Assembly: GCF_001194135.2 (NCBI RefSeq)
Contig: NC_068981.1
Span: forward strand, 119,085,495 to 119,149,494
Direction: 5' to 3'
DNA: 64,000 nucleotides
Origin: Octopus bimaculoides
Taxonomy: Eukaryota
In this document: piece after piece, positions 52,310 to 64,000 of the stretch
Numbering within the stretch: the stretch's first letter is position 1
Layout of the letters: every line of letters starts with the position of its first letter
Notes under the pieces: generated by a model
What the model was told of the DNA's origin: nothing
Seen by the model: only the letters and a program-made list of their open reading frames with translations
Database searches by the model: none
Position numbers and translations under genes: made by a program

Positions 52310-52540
52310 GTTGTAGTTATTGACTTCGAATTTTGGCACAAGGCCAGCAATTTCGAGGGTGAGGGTAAGTCAATTACATTGGCCCCATTACTCAACTGGT
52401 ACTTATTTTATCAACCCCAAAAGAATGACAGGCAAAGTCAACCTCAGCAGAATTTGAACTCAAGAAACATAAAGACAGATGAAATGCCACTAAGCATTTT
52501 GCCCAGTGTGCTAATGATTCTACCAGCTCATCGCCTTTGC
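52310..52540 (-). mobile_element. SINE family B, CpG-decayed
   Basis: Reverse complement of the family B unit. Confidence 0.8.
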
Positions 52541-53134
52541 TGCTGTAGTTATTACTATATACAACATCACAAGGCCTTGTTATTCTTTTGGATGATAACT
52601 GTAGTATCACTGATAAATGAAAGAACTACTTACATTGCTGACAACATTGACCAATAACAACTAGAGAGGGTTGCTTATGACAAGGAATAGCAGCAGATTC
52701 CACTTTAAAAAGAATGACACAACAGTGATGGCATTGTTATGCTAATTATGGTAGCATTGCATACAAGCTGTTCAAAGCTATTGAAGGACAGCAGTACAAC
52801 CTTTTGATCTGTACAATACATGACAACAACCATCAATTTAGTTGATATTCAATATCAAATGAACTTATACGAAAATGCATCACCATTTACTGTCTTCCAC
52901 TCTGGTATGGTCTGGAAGTCTTAACAGGATTTAATCCGATGAGCCAAAGGACCATTTCCAGCNNNNNNNNNNNNNNNNNNNNNNNNNNNNNNNNNNNNNN
53001 NNNNNNNNNNNNNNNNNNNNNNNNNNNNNNNNNNNNNNNNNNNNNNNNNNNNNNNNNNNNNNNNNNNNNNNNNNNNNNNNNNNNNNNNNNNNNNNNNNNN
53101 NNNNNNNNNNNNNNNNNNNNNNNNNNNNNNNNNN

Positions 53135-53440
53135 TGGGCAAGTGTCTTCTACTATAACCTCGGGCCGACCAAAGCCTTGTGAGTGGATTTGGTAGACGGA
53201 AACTGAAAGAAGCCTGTCGTATATATGTATATGTATATATATATATGTGTGTTTGTCCCCCCACCATCGCTTGACAACCGATGCAGGTGTGTTTACGTCC
53301 CTGTAACTTAGCGGTTCGGCAAAAAGAGACCAATAGAATAAGTACTAGGCTTACAAAAGAATAAGTCCTGGGGTCGATTTGCTCAACTAAAGGTGGTGCT
53401 CCAGCATGGCCACAGTCAAATGACTGAAACAAGTAAAAGA
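53135..53440 (+). mobile_element. SINE family A (head lies in the gap), CpG-rich and probably young
   Basis: TGGGCAAGTGTCTTCTACTATAACCTCGGGCCGACC...TGACTGAAACAAGTAAAAGA. Confidence 0.9.
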
Positions 53441-54434
53441 GTATATCATGATTTCATTGCTAGTAAACATCTTATTCTCATTAACAGTATTGAGGATCAG
53501 ATAAATGACAAGAGTGCTCAGGTGAAATGCGTATTCAGTGAACACGTAGTGGTAAGGGATGACATTGGGAGTGTGGGATGGGTGACAAGGGGAGTGGTTC
53601 CAAGCAGTGGGGAGCAATCACTCTCATATAATTACAGTAGCTGAGCAGTAGTACTGTAGTCAGAGGTGAGGGAGGAGTGGTTGAGGAGTGACAGGTACAG
53701 ATTGGGTGAAGCATAGATTGATATGCTGAGATGAAAAGTTTGGGTGGGTGAGAAGAACAAAATGGCCATTAGAGTTGAAATAGAGATGGCCAGGATCAGT
53801 AAAGATCAGGCTGGTGAAATAAACAGATAGGATTGTATGCTGTTATGCCATAAGTAAAAATAAAAACTAATATTTCTACTTAATGCAATACCCTGTACTC
53901 GATGTTAGTCTCCACTCATCTCAATCATATATAATATACACAACTTCTGGTTATAAAATGTAAAGCTGAACTCAAAGCACAAACGCATGGCACTTTCTTT
54001 GAAGTAATTAACGAGCATATGGTGAAGATCTTCTTTAGTCTACACTCTACTCATGTGCACCCAGCCTGATTTGAAATGCAAGGTATTGATTTTGGTCTGT
54101 TTCTATTAATCAAGACTGTCATTTTATTTACAGAAAACCTTAAGACAATTTTTGCCTACAGGAAATGTGACATGAAAAAAATACATTTATCATTTTCTAT
54201 CTAAGGTCTTACTCTTGAATTTTTATTTCTGATATCTGATTTTGTCTCAGACCATAAGCAAAGCAAAACTTATCTTTAATCAGGTGAGATAACTCCATGA
54301 TTCCATAATTAAATCTATTTTTATTTTTATTTACTAATTTTTTGTAATAATGCTACAACAAATATCTTAATTCTAATTCTAACACTGATTGAATAATATT
54401 GCTCTTTTGTTTAAATTTTAATATATTTCTGCAT

Positions 54435-54755
54435 GGGTCAGTGGTTAGAGCATTGAGCTCACAACCATGAGGTAGTATGTTCAATTCCTGGACCAGACTG
54501 TGTTTTGTGTTCTTGAGCAAGATACTTTATTTCATGTTGCTCCAGATCATTCAGTTTTAGAAATGAGTTGCAACATCACTGGTGCCAAGCTGTATCAGCC
54601 TTTGCCTTTCCCTTGGATAATATCAGTGGCATGGAGAGGGGAGGCTGGTATGCATGGGCGACTGGTGGTCTTCCATAAACAACCTTGCCCGGACTTGTGT
54701 CTAGGAGAGTAACTTTCTAGGTGCAATCCCATGGTCATTGATGACCGAAGGGGAT
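54435..54755 (+). mobile_element. SINE family C variant with a different 3' region
   Basis: tRNA-like head GTCAGTGGTTAGAGC...GTTCAATTCC and CORE-like TGTGTTCTTGAGCAAGATACTT, followed by a tail unlike the 50995 copy. Confidence 0.7.
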
Positions 54756-56719
54756 TTTTCTATAAATTGTTAGGAGAAATGTTTTATTTGCTGATATCTT
54801 GATAGACTGTATCACTGAACAGCTTGCTCTGAGTTCAAATCCCACCAAAGCTAATTTAGTGTTAACAAATTTTTCAGTCTGAAAAACTGAATAACAAAGA
54901 AGTGGGCCAAAACTAGGTCACGGTCTGATGCAAAATATATGGAATATGATAAGTTATGGGGATGTAAACACACTAACACTGGTTGTCAAGTGGTGATNNN
55001 NNNNNNNATATATATATGTATGTATGTATATATACAATGGGTTTCTTTTCAGTTTCCATCTACCAAATCCACTCACAAGGCTTTGGTTGGCCTGAGGCTA
55101 TAGAAGACACTTGCCCAATGTGACATGCAATGGGACCGAACCCAGAACCACGTAGTTGGAACGCAAACTTCCTACCTAACAGCCACTCATGTGCCTATAT
55201 ATATATATATATATATTTATATTTTTATTTGTTCTTTCATTTTATGTCCATTTTTCATTTTTCCATGCAGTTATGAGTTAGAGGAATACATTATGAAGCA
55301 TTGTTTTACAGTTGGATGTCATTCCTATCATTAACTTTTACCTGTTTTTCAAATTAGGGATCTCTTATTTCACTCATTTTCAAAGGTGCAAAATATATAG
55401 ACAATTTGTTGACAGAAGTGACAACACTACTCCTCTTAGTGACTTTCATAGACTACAGATGTAAACACACACATACACATAACATTGTTATTGTTTTAAC
55501 ATCTACTTTTCCATGCTTGCATGGGTCAGACATAAGTACAATAGAGCAAAGATCTCCTACAGCCAGATGCTCTTTGTTGTGCCAAACCCATATGTTTCCA
55601 AGCAACATAATAATCACTTAGTCTATCAAACAACAAACAGCCGAGACATGTTTATAGAGAGAGCTGGGAACAAATCACACCATATGAATGAGCCTTTTGT
55701 TTACAAAGACTGTGCATGTCAAGAAGACATGACAAGAAGCCTGAACATGTTTCCATGATGAATTGCAAGCAAATGATGCGGTCTGTCACCATCAATGAGG
55801 TAATTGTCTACAACCAATAAACAAATGTAAAGACAAGGGAAAGATGAATTCACAGGCTTCTTTCAGTTTTCACCAAACAAATCCACTCACAAAGATTTGG
55901 TTGGCTCACACAGTGGGACAGAACCTGAAATCATGTAGTTGGGAAGCAGACTTTTCAACCATACAAGTCGTGCCTGAGATGTAAAGAAAACTATGTGATT
56001 ATAAAATTTGCATCATAACTACAAAGTTCCTGGATAGATCCTACTGCACAGTATCTTAGATAAGAGTTTTCTCGCGCCAGCTGAGGTCCACCAATGACCA
56101 CTCCCTTGTGAGTGGATACACAGGAACTGTGCAAAAACCCATCTCATACATATTCACATGTGCGTGTATGTGTGCGAGTGGGGGGGGTATATATGTCTGT
56201 GTTTGTTTACTAGTGTAAAACTGATGAAGTGTCAAAAAACAATTTAGCATTTTGATTAAATAGAAAATGGGATCAATATGATCAACAAAATACTCATAAG
56301 GTTAATACCCCAGCATGGCCACAATTCAGTGAGAAAAATCACTGAAAAAATACAGATTTCCATATGTGCCCTAGTTTTTAGAATAGGGATGCTATATCTC
56401 CATGTGTTATAAGAGACAATAAATGAGGTGGCAGGAGGAAGGACATCCAACCACAAAAAACTGCCTTAAGAAAAAGCCTCATCCAAACCATATCAGCATG
56501 GAAAATGAACATAAAAACAACAATGAAATACATGCATACTAATTATACACACACTTGCTATAAAAGTCTCCACTTCCGCTAATAATGCATAGCACAGTAA
56601 ATTTCCATAATGCTACTACCTTTCATTCATCTTCATAGCTTTTATGACATAAGCGAAAATTTGCATTATAGCAGTAAACTTATTCATCCATGAAATTTTT
56701 CATTAAATATTCTCCTTAC

Positions 56720-56807
56720 CTTTTCATTGTGTCGGGCATGGTTAAGAGACACTGCGAAATGAAAACAGCGACATGGAATGGACAATTGCTTTGCAACATC
56801 TATGTAC
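56720..56807 (-). CDS. PNKP: PNKP internal exon (88 bp)
   Basis: TTCTTTATAG acceptor and GTAAGG donor. Encodes (R)YIDVAKQLSIPCRCFHFAVSLNHARHNEK, compare human [29 protein letters not shown]. Confidence 0.96.
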
Positions 56808-57034
56808 CTATAAAGAAACAATTAATATTAAGTTCATTCAAGCATTTATTCATTCATCTTCACTAATTCAATGCATAAATGTAAATGCTTCAGAGAACCC
56901 CCATAATATTAAAGTCATATCTTATCAACTCAGTCAGTGGAAGCTCTACAAGATGTATATTCAGCCAGTAGGATTAATTGAATTCACCAGTCAACTAATA
57001 TATCTACTACTTATGGTGGCAAGTGACAGAATTG

Positions 57035-57225
57035 TTAACACTCCGGGCAAAATGCTTAGCAGCATTTTGTCTGCTATTACATTCTGAGTTCACATTCCAC
57101 CAAGGTCAACTTTGCCTTTCATCTTTCTGGGTCAATAAAATAAGTACCTGTTGAACACTGGGATTGTTGTAATTAACTTTCTCCCACCCCATAATTTGCT
57201 GCCCTTGTGCCAAAATTTGAAACCA
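57035..57225 (+). mobile_element. SINE family B, CpG-decayed
   Basis: AGGTCAACTTTGCCTTTCATCTTTCTGGGTCAATAAAATAAGTACC. A minus-strand copy follows at 57435-57640. Confidence 0.85.
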
Positions 57226-58914
57226 ATAAATATATTTACTCACAGCAGTGTAGTACACTGTCACAAGCAGTTGTATACTTCACCACCTATTTGACTCTTT
57301 CTATACCAAGCCACCCAACACCACCTCTGGATCTATAATGCAAACTTTTTATTTTCAAATGACCTAAAGTAAAACCTTCCATCAAAATGTCATGCTCTTT
57401 TATGTTCAAGATATCTTAATAATCCTTTCTACTATACGCACAAGGCCCGAAATTTGGACGAGGGAGATAGTTGATTACATCAACCCCAGTACTCAACTGG
57501 TACTTATTTTGTTGACCCCGAAAAGATGAAAGGAAAGGTCAACCCCAGCGACATTTGAACTTAGAACATGAAGACAAAGGAAATATTGCTAAGTATTTCA
57601 CCTGCGCGTGCCAACAATTCTGCCAGCTCACTGCCTTAAGATATCTCAATAATGAGGGAGTCATTTTACTACTACATTATTTTCAAAATTTGTTGAAACA
57701 AAGACATTGTATTTTGACAGAATGATAAAACATCAAGCCAATGAAAGAGCCTCAATATCATACAACTGCTAGAAATAGTCCACCAATCCCCCTCAAATCA
57801 CACCCTAACATCTTAGATAACAAAAGTATACATTAGGAAATATAGTTCTACATGACCTCATACAGACAGAATGGTTTTAGCTTTTGATTATATGTCTACT
57901 TAATCAAGTTTAACCTGGGGCTAAACAACAACAGTCAACTAAGAGTTAGATGGGCTCAGCTGTTGAGAATTAACAATCTTGAACACAAGATATGTCTCAG
58001 CTGTTTATCTGCTACTTTATCATTCACACTCTTACATATATTTACATCATTACAGCATTATAACCAGTTTAACAATTCATCACAAATGCATGGCTATCTC
58101 TACAACAAGAAACAAATTTTGAAATTGTAATCAATGTTTGTAAATTCAAAGGACCCAGCTGCTTGTTAACATTAATAATTCTGTCTTAATCTTTTACAGA
58201 TCAAAATATAATGATTGTAGATTGCAGGAAGTTGATACGTAAGATATGAAACTGCAAGCACTTTGCTCTCTCTCTCTCTCTCTCTCTATTCCAATTGATA
58301 ATACAAAGTATTTATTCATTGTCATGAGTAGTTTCTAACTGACACTGCAAATCACTAAATTGAGGCTACTAACCCACCGAGCCACAAGAAATTTTAATCA
58401 AATGTTTCATTTAACCAACTACACTCGTCAACCATAGAAGCACATGATGATGAAAACTATACAACAATTAATAATAACAGTATTTAATTAAGAAATCATG
58501 ACAAGCCTGATAGGACTAGCTGAAAAATACTAACTCTTGTTAAGAGAAGCTTGAATTAGAATAGAGAAGTAATTAAATGCAAGATGAGATTACAGAGGGT
58601 TTAGTAGGATTTACAATCAACAGGCTTCTCATAATGCTGTAAAATAAATCAAAGTGGTTTTCTTAATTTTTACTTTTCACAGGAACTCTGAACTGCAAAT
58701 TAAAAAATAATGGAAAATCAAAAATAATTGAACATTTAACAACATCAGTGACTCTAATATGGAGGTGATGTCAACATTTGCTGCAAAGGTTCATAACAAT
58801 GGAGTTTAATTCAAGAACCTGTAGCATTCAGATTACTCTGTCAAATGTCATGCTTATTTATTCACAATGGTTTGAATTAATCATTAATAATCCCATAGCT
58901 TTGAGATTTTGATA

Positions 58915-59200
58915 TCATCATCATCATCATCATCGTTTAACATCCGCTTTCCATGCTGGCATGGGTTGGACTGTTTGACTGAGGACTGACAAGCCAGGAG
59001 GTTGCACCAGGCTCCAATCTGTTCCGGCAAGGTTTCTACAGCTGGATGCCCTTCCTAACACCAACCACTCCGAGAGTGTAGTGGGTGCTTTTTATGTGCC
59101 ACTGGCATGGGGGCCAGTCAGCCATCAACCACACTCAAATGATGCTTTTTATGTGTCACCAGCACTGGCATCAGTCACACACAAATGGTGCTTTTTACGT
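58915..59200 (-). mobile_element. SINE family D with an (ATG)n tail
   Basis: (CAT)n-CGTTTAACATCCGCTTTCCATGCTGGCATGGGTTGG...CTGGATGCCCTTCCTAACACCAACC. Confidence 0.8.
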
Positions 59201-59204
59201 GCCA

Positions 59205-59660
59205 TAGCTTACACCAGGTACATCTTATGTAATTTCTACTTATGCCTTTTCTACAGATCGAGCAGAACCATCTACTTGAAGGGATTTGTGATTTGTCTGC
59301 CTTCCTACTTATTATTAGATTGACTCTAAGGCCCTTCAATTTATAAACCTTACTTCCACACCTGAAATTTCTCCTATAGTCCGGGTAGTGACTCAGCTAT
59401 TAGAGGAAGGTCATCAGCATAGAGGAGCTCCCAGGGGCAGCCTGTCTTGAATTCCTCTGCTATTGATTGGAGGACTGTGATGAATAAGAGGGGGCTGAGG
59501 ATTGATCCTTGGTGAACCCCTACTTCTACTCAGAATTCTTCACTGTACTTGTTTCCAACCCTCACCTTACTGATAGCATCCCAGTATATGGCTTGTACAT
59601 CTCTCACCAACCATTCATCTATCCCTAGTTTCCACATTAACCACCAGATAAGGAATCGGT
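59205..59660 (-). mobile_element. RTE LINE reverse transcriptase fragment
   Basis: KLGIDEWLVRDVQAIY...VRVGNKYSEEF*VEVGVHQGSILSPLLFITVL...GCPWELLYADDL. Confidence 0.85.
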
Positions 59661-60694
59661 TTTCTCCATGTCATGTGATTATTTATTTTTAAAATGACAA
59701 TGTAGGGTAGGCATGAGAGGTCAGATCTGGCTGATGTGAACAGAAAACAGGTACAATATTTTGACCGGATATGGCCAGTTTAAATGCTAAAGAGTTAAGC
59801 ATACAAGAGACAAACCAGTCTATTATAGTTTCTATCCTCAGATCTGGTACCTTCTGCCATCATCATCATCATTAAACATGTTTTCCATGTTGGCATGAGT
59901 TGGATGGTTTTTGACAGGATCTAACAAGCAGCAGGACTGTGTCAGGCCCCAATATCGACTACGACATGGTTTCTATAGCTGGATTCCCTTCCTAACACTA
60001 ACCACTTTAAGTGTGTACTGGGTGCTTTTTGTTCATGACATTTGCACTAGTGAGATTGCCAAGTAACTTGCAAAAAAGAAAAGGAGAAAGAACGTTCAAC
60101 TGAGTGGGAATATATCTGAGAGTGGGGTGGCTTTCAGACCCCATGGATTACATATTACACAAACAGCAGATATGAATGAGTTGTCTAATATCTTATCTAC
60201 ACATCCATTTCACTACTTTCATAATAAAATAAAGTTTACAATACAAAAATGTAGAAAAAGGCTTTTAATACATTAGCTAATAGCTATTTGGTTCTATTTT
60301 CACGTGAGGTAAATGGAAAGCAAGAAACATATTTCTCTATCCCATTTCTTTCAAAACACTTGAGACAAAGTGATATTAAAGAACTGAAAGAATGTGAAGG
60401 CTATTCCAGAATGTTAGATAACAAGCAATTAACGATTCTAAATGATAATATCATTCTTAAGTATTTGAAAGCTATTGAAAATATGTTTATAATGTCCAGC
60501 AACAGCTGTATTATCCTATCTACATGTTGTACCACAATATTGATCAACTGTGTGAAGAGCAAAACAATTTTAGGTTTAGAATATAGAATTCAGAAACACT
60601 TGAACTGCTTGAAAGGGATGAAGATTCACTAAAATTTATTGGTTGTGTAACAATATTAGAACTACAATTATTGCATTAACTTTAATTAATTGGT

Positions 60695-60825
60695 GTGTGG
60701 CACATTGAACAAGTGTCTTCTACTATAACCTTGGGCCAACCAAAGCCTTATGAGTAGATTTGGTAAACAGAAACTGAAAGAAGTCCATCGAAAATACATA
60801 TATATATATATATGTGTATGTGTAT

Positions 60826-60869
<44 letters not shown>

Positions 60870-61025
60870 ACATCACCGTAAATTGACAGTTTGGCAAAAG
60901 AAACTAATGGAATAATTACTAGGCTTATGAAAGAATAAATCCTGGGGTTGATTGTTCGACCAAAACAGTTCAAAGCGGTGCTCCAACATGGCTGCAGTCT
61001 AATGACTGAAACAAGTAACAGAATG
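60695..61025 (+). mobile_element. SINE family A, CpG-decayed
   Basis: Same layout as the 53135 copy, with CG>TG/CA changes. Confidence 0.85.
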
Positions 61026-61132
61026 ATAGAATATAGTGAAAAAGAGAGAGAGAGAGAGAGTATGCATATGACATACATGTATATACAACATACATATACA
61101 CAGGCAAACATATATATAAAAATTCAACTGAC

Positions 61133-61242
61133 CGTTTACGTGACTCCTTATCAGGATTTGTGTTGTCTACCACAACACTCTTCCCATTTTCTAAATTCTG
61201 CCGACACAAAGCAACACATTTTTTCCAATTTCCAAGTATGTC
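61133..61242 (-). CDS. PNKP: PNKP internal exon (110 bp), kinase domain
   Basis: TTTAACCAG acceptor and GTCAGT donor. Encodes DILGNWKKCVALCRQNLENGKSVVVDNTNPDKESRK(R), compare human DTLGSWQRC...GKRVAIDNTNPDAASRAR. Confidence 0.96.
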
Positions 61243-62170
61243 CTGGTTAAATAAATACAAAACAATAAAACAACATTAATAAGTAAGCAAATAAAAACAG
61301 ACCTGTACAAATCATGTCTGGTAATGAAATGTTTTTTAAGTCTCCTAAAATACAAACGATGCTGAAAGGAGGTAGGGGAGACAAGGAGAAATGGGTCCTG
61401 TAACGGTCAAAAGGCAGTCGTAAAGGATTATATTTCAGATGTCAGGGATTTGCTCAAGTTGTCCCCAGCTCTAGAATATTTGGTCAGCAAATATGTCATT
61501 GGAATGTTTCAGCAAAGTTGATTTGGGACAACTCAATATTACCAATAGCAACGCAAACACTATCATCATCATCATCATCTCCACCATCAAAAACTACTAC
61601 CTTCATCAGCTGCTGGCTTTATAAAACAACAGTAAAACGTAATCACTTAACCTACTGAATGTAGCCAACCTATGTCTCCCACGCAACAAACTCACTACTC
61701 TCTTGGAAAAGGGAACCAGTGCAAATTTTAAGATCCTAGAGTTAAATAAAATCGGAATAGGCCACACTCTGAAATGTCAGCTGAACTGCTTCACTTAGGG
61801 AACTCATTTCATTCCATAGGTTTGTTCATGCAGTGCCAACTGAAGTTAAGTAATAACAAATACCTACACCCCATCAGCACCAAGGGAGCCTCAATAAAGC
61901 CATCTAACCTGCTAGAAATAGTAGCCAAATATCACTCAAATCAAGCCCTACTGTCTTAAAAAAGATCAATTAGATAATGTACTCCTAGGTACATTATGTC
62001 TGAAAATAAGAACAAAGGATGCCATCACAAGTGCAACATCTCTGATGAGACGGTTGATTGATCAAGGGTGGTCTACTTGATAAGAGCTAAAGAATAATTG
62101 CCAAAAGCAGGTGCAAAATGATCCAAAACAAGATTGAAGAGCAATTCATTCATTGTACTAGAACCTGAAG

Positions 62171-62204
<34 letters not shown>

Positions 62205-62488
62205 GAGAGAGAGTGAGAGAGAGAGAGAGTGAGAGAGAGAGAGTGAGAGAGAGAGAGAGTGAGAGAGAGAGAGTGAGAGAGAGAGAGAGAGATTAATGTG
62301 ACAGAAGTGTGGGGGGGGGTTCTTCAACATATTGCTAGTGAGATAAAGTCAAATAACTGTTGGTGTCATGTAACCTAGTACTACTTGCCTCATGGTTAGG
62401 TGATTGATCACTAGAAATCACCAACACCATTTCAATAAATTTATTGAATGAGAACAATACCCAGAAGGATTAAAAATAAAACCTGCCC

Positions 62489-62534
<46 letters not shown>

Positions 62535-62699
62535 CATTTATTTGCCATAAGTGTGAAGGATGAGGGGAACAATACAGAGACAGGCATAAAGTGATGGGGT
62601 TTACATATAATAATGAAATGATAAAAAAAAAGCATACACAGTGTACACTGAAAAAGAAAAGACATGCATAGCATAGAAAGGTGAAAATAAAAAATGTTT

Positions 62700-63245
62700 A
62701 AATGGTGGGGAGGATGATAGAGATGTGGCCCTCCTGATACAGGAAGGCCTCTAGGGTTAATCAAGGAACCCCACTGTCTGAGATTCCCTTGAAACCCTAG
62801 GAGCAACTGCCCTCTCCAATTCCTTCTCTCCAACTCACAGGTCTACACTTAGAGAGGTACCATCCACTCTTGCCATTTTCGCAACTTTCACCCACCTTTC
62901 AATAGACTCACTCACAGACAGCACTTTCCTCTCCACTCACAATTTCCTTTTCAAGTGAAACTTGAAAAAGTCTATGAGGGCTCTACCAAAGAAGAATGTA
63001 TCGTCCTCATGCCTTTCAGCCTTGTCCAAAAACAACCTTTCACCACAACCACCAGGCAAAGAAAAACTGCCTTGCCTACCCAATTGATGGAGGGCAGTGG
63101 TGTGATCATCACAATAGACTCAGCTGACAGAGGGATCCGTCCCACACATAACAGCAGCTGTTCAACATAACTCCATAAGTCAGCAATGCCTGGCCACTGA
63201 ACGAGGGCATGCAGTACGATTTCGTCACTCTGCGTGAATCCTTCC
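62700..63245 (-). mobile_element. L1/Tx1-type LINE 3' fragment
   Basis: DEIVLHALVQWPGIADLWSYVEQLL...LSAESIV...KAVFLCLV...KGCFWTR resembles the region after the ORF2 CCHC finger. A T-rich tail follows. Confidence 0.6.
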
Positions 63246-63604
63246 TACTATATGCACACAACTTGAAATTTTAGGAGACAGGGGATAGTTGATTGTATCG
63301 ACTCTGGTGCTCAACTGATACTTATTTTATCGACCCCGAAAAGATGAAAGGCAAAGTTGTCCTCAGAGGAACTTGAACTCAGAACATAAGGCCAGAAGAA
63401 ATGGAAATGTTACCAAGCATTTTGTCCAGCAGGCAAATGATTTTGTCAGCCTAACATAGGCACAGAGCCATAAATTTTGGTGGGGAAGGGGAGGGGATGG
63501 TCAGCAGATTAAATCAACTCCAGTGTTTAATTGCTGTTTAATTAACACCAAACAGATGAAAGGCAAAGTTGACCCTGGCAGAATTTGAACTCAGAATGTA
63601 ATGA

Positions 63605-63765
63605 GCATGGCTGTGTGGTAAGAAGTTTGCTTCTCAACCACATGGTTCTGGGTTCAGTCCCACTGTGTGGCACCTTAGGTAAATGTCTTCTACTATAGCC
63701 TTGTTGGATCAACTAAAGCCTTGTGAGTGGATTTACTTGACAGAAACCAAAAAAGCTCATCATAT

Positions 63766-63840
<75 letters not shown>

Positions 63841-64000
63841 CATATAGATATATGTGTTTAGATCTCCGTAATTTAGCAGTTCAGCAAAAGTTGATAGAAT
63901 AAGTACCAGGCATAACAAAACAAAAAAAAAACAAGTACTGAGGTCGATTCATTCAACTAAAATTTCTTCAAGGTAGCACGCCATCATGGCCAGTCTAATG
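63605..64000 (+). mobile_element. SINE family A running to the window end
   Basis: GCATGGCTGTGTGGTAAGAAG...GGGTTCAGTCCCACTG...GCACCTTAGGTAAATGTC, then (TA)n and the tail. Confidence 0.85.

Larger units (their letters stand above)
58818..59794. mobile_element. piggyBac-like MITE split by nested SINE and RTE insertions
   Basis: Left end CCTGTAGCATTCAGATTACTC and right end AATGCTAAAGAG|TTAA. The two halves are contiguous in a second, truncated copy at 51343-51530. Confidence 0.55.

Noticed and set aside
61290-61350. Candidate upstream PNKP exon containing the Walker A region
   Set aside because: It has the wrong length (42 bp) and no GKST motif. The real exon is probably beyond 64000.

Overview
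This is AT-rich, repeat-dense animal genomic DNA from a gapped short-read assembly (nine N-gaps, most bordered by dinucleotide microsatellites). The SINE families and microsatellite load point to an octopus or other coleoid cephalopod (inference). The only host gene I can support is the 3' end of PNKP (polynucleotide kinase 3'-phosphatase) on the minus strand: four GT-AG exons at 61133-61242, 56720-56807, 50311-50369 and 49712-49853 that join in frame and encode the C-terminal kinase domain. The upstream exons were not found and probably lie beyond the window. Positions 1 to about 49 kb look intergenic and hold decayed transposons: two mariners, Tc1, three Tc1/mariner MITEs, hAT, Chapaev3-like, Helitrons, Penelope-like, Gypsy, RTE, CR1-like and RLE-type LINEs, plus many SINEs. 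The most unusual features are a 2.4-kb foldback with about 700-bp inverted arms (43126-45536), a contrast in CpG decay between SINE copies inside and outside the PNKP gene body, and a Chapaev3-like element inserted within the first bases of a non-autonomous Helitron. I found no CRISPR array, rRNA, true tRNA gene or prokaryotic system, and no clearly new biological system. All family assignments come from motif recognition by eye, not from database searches.
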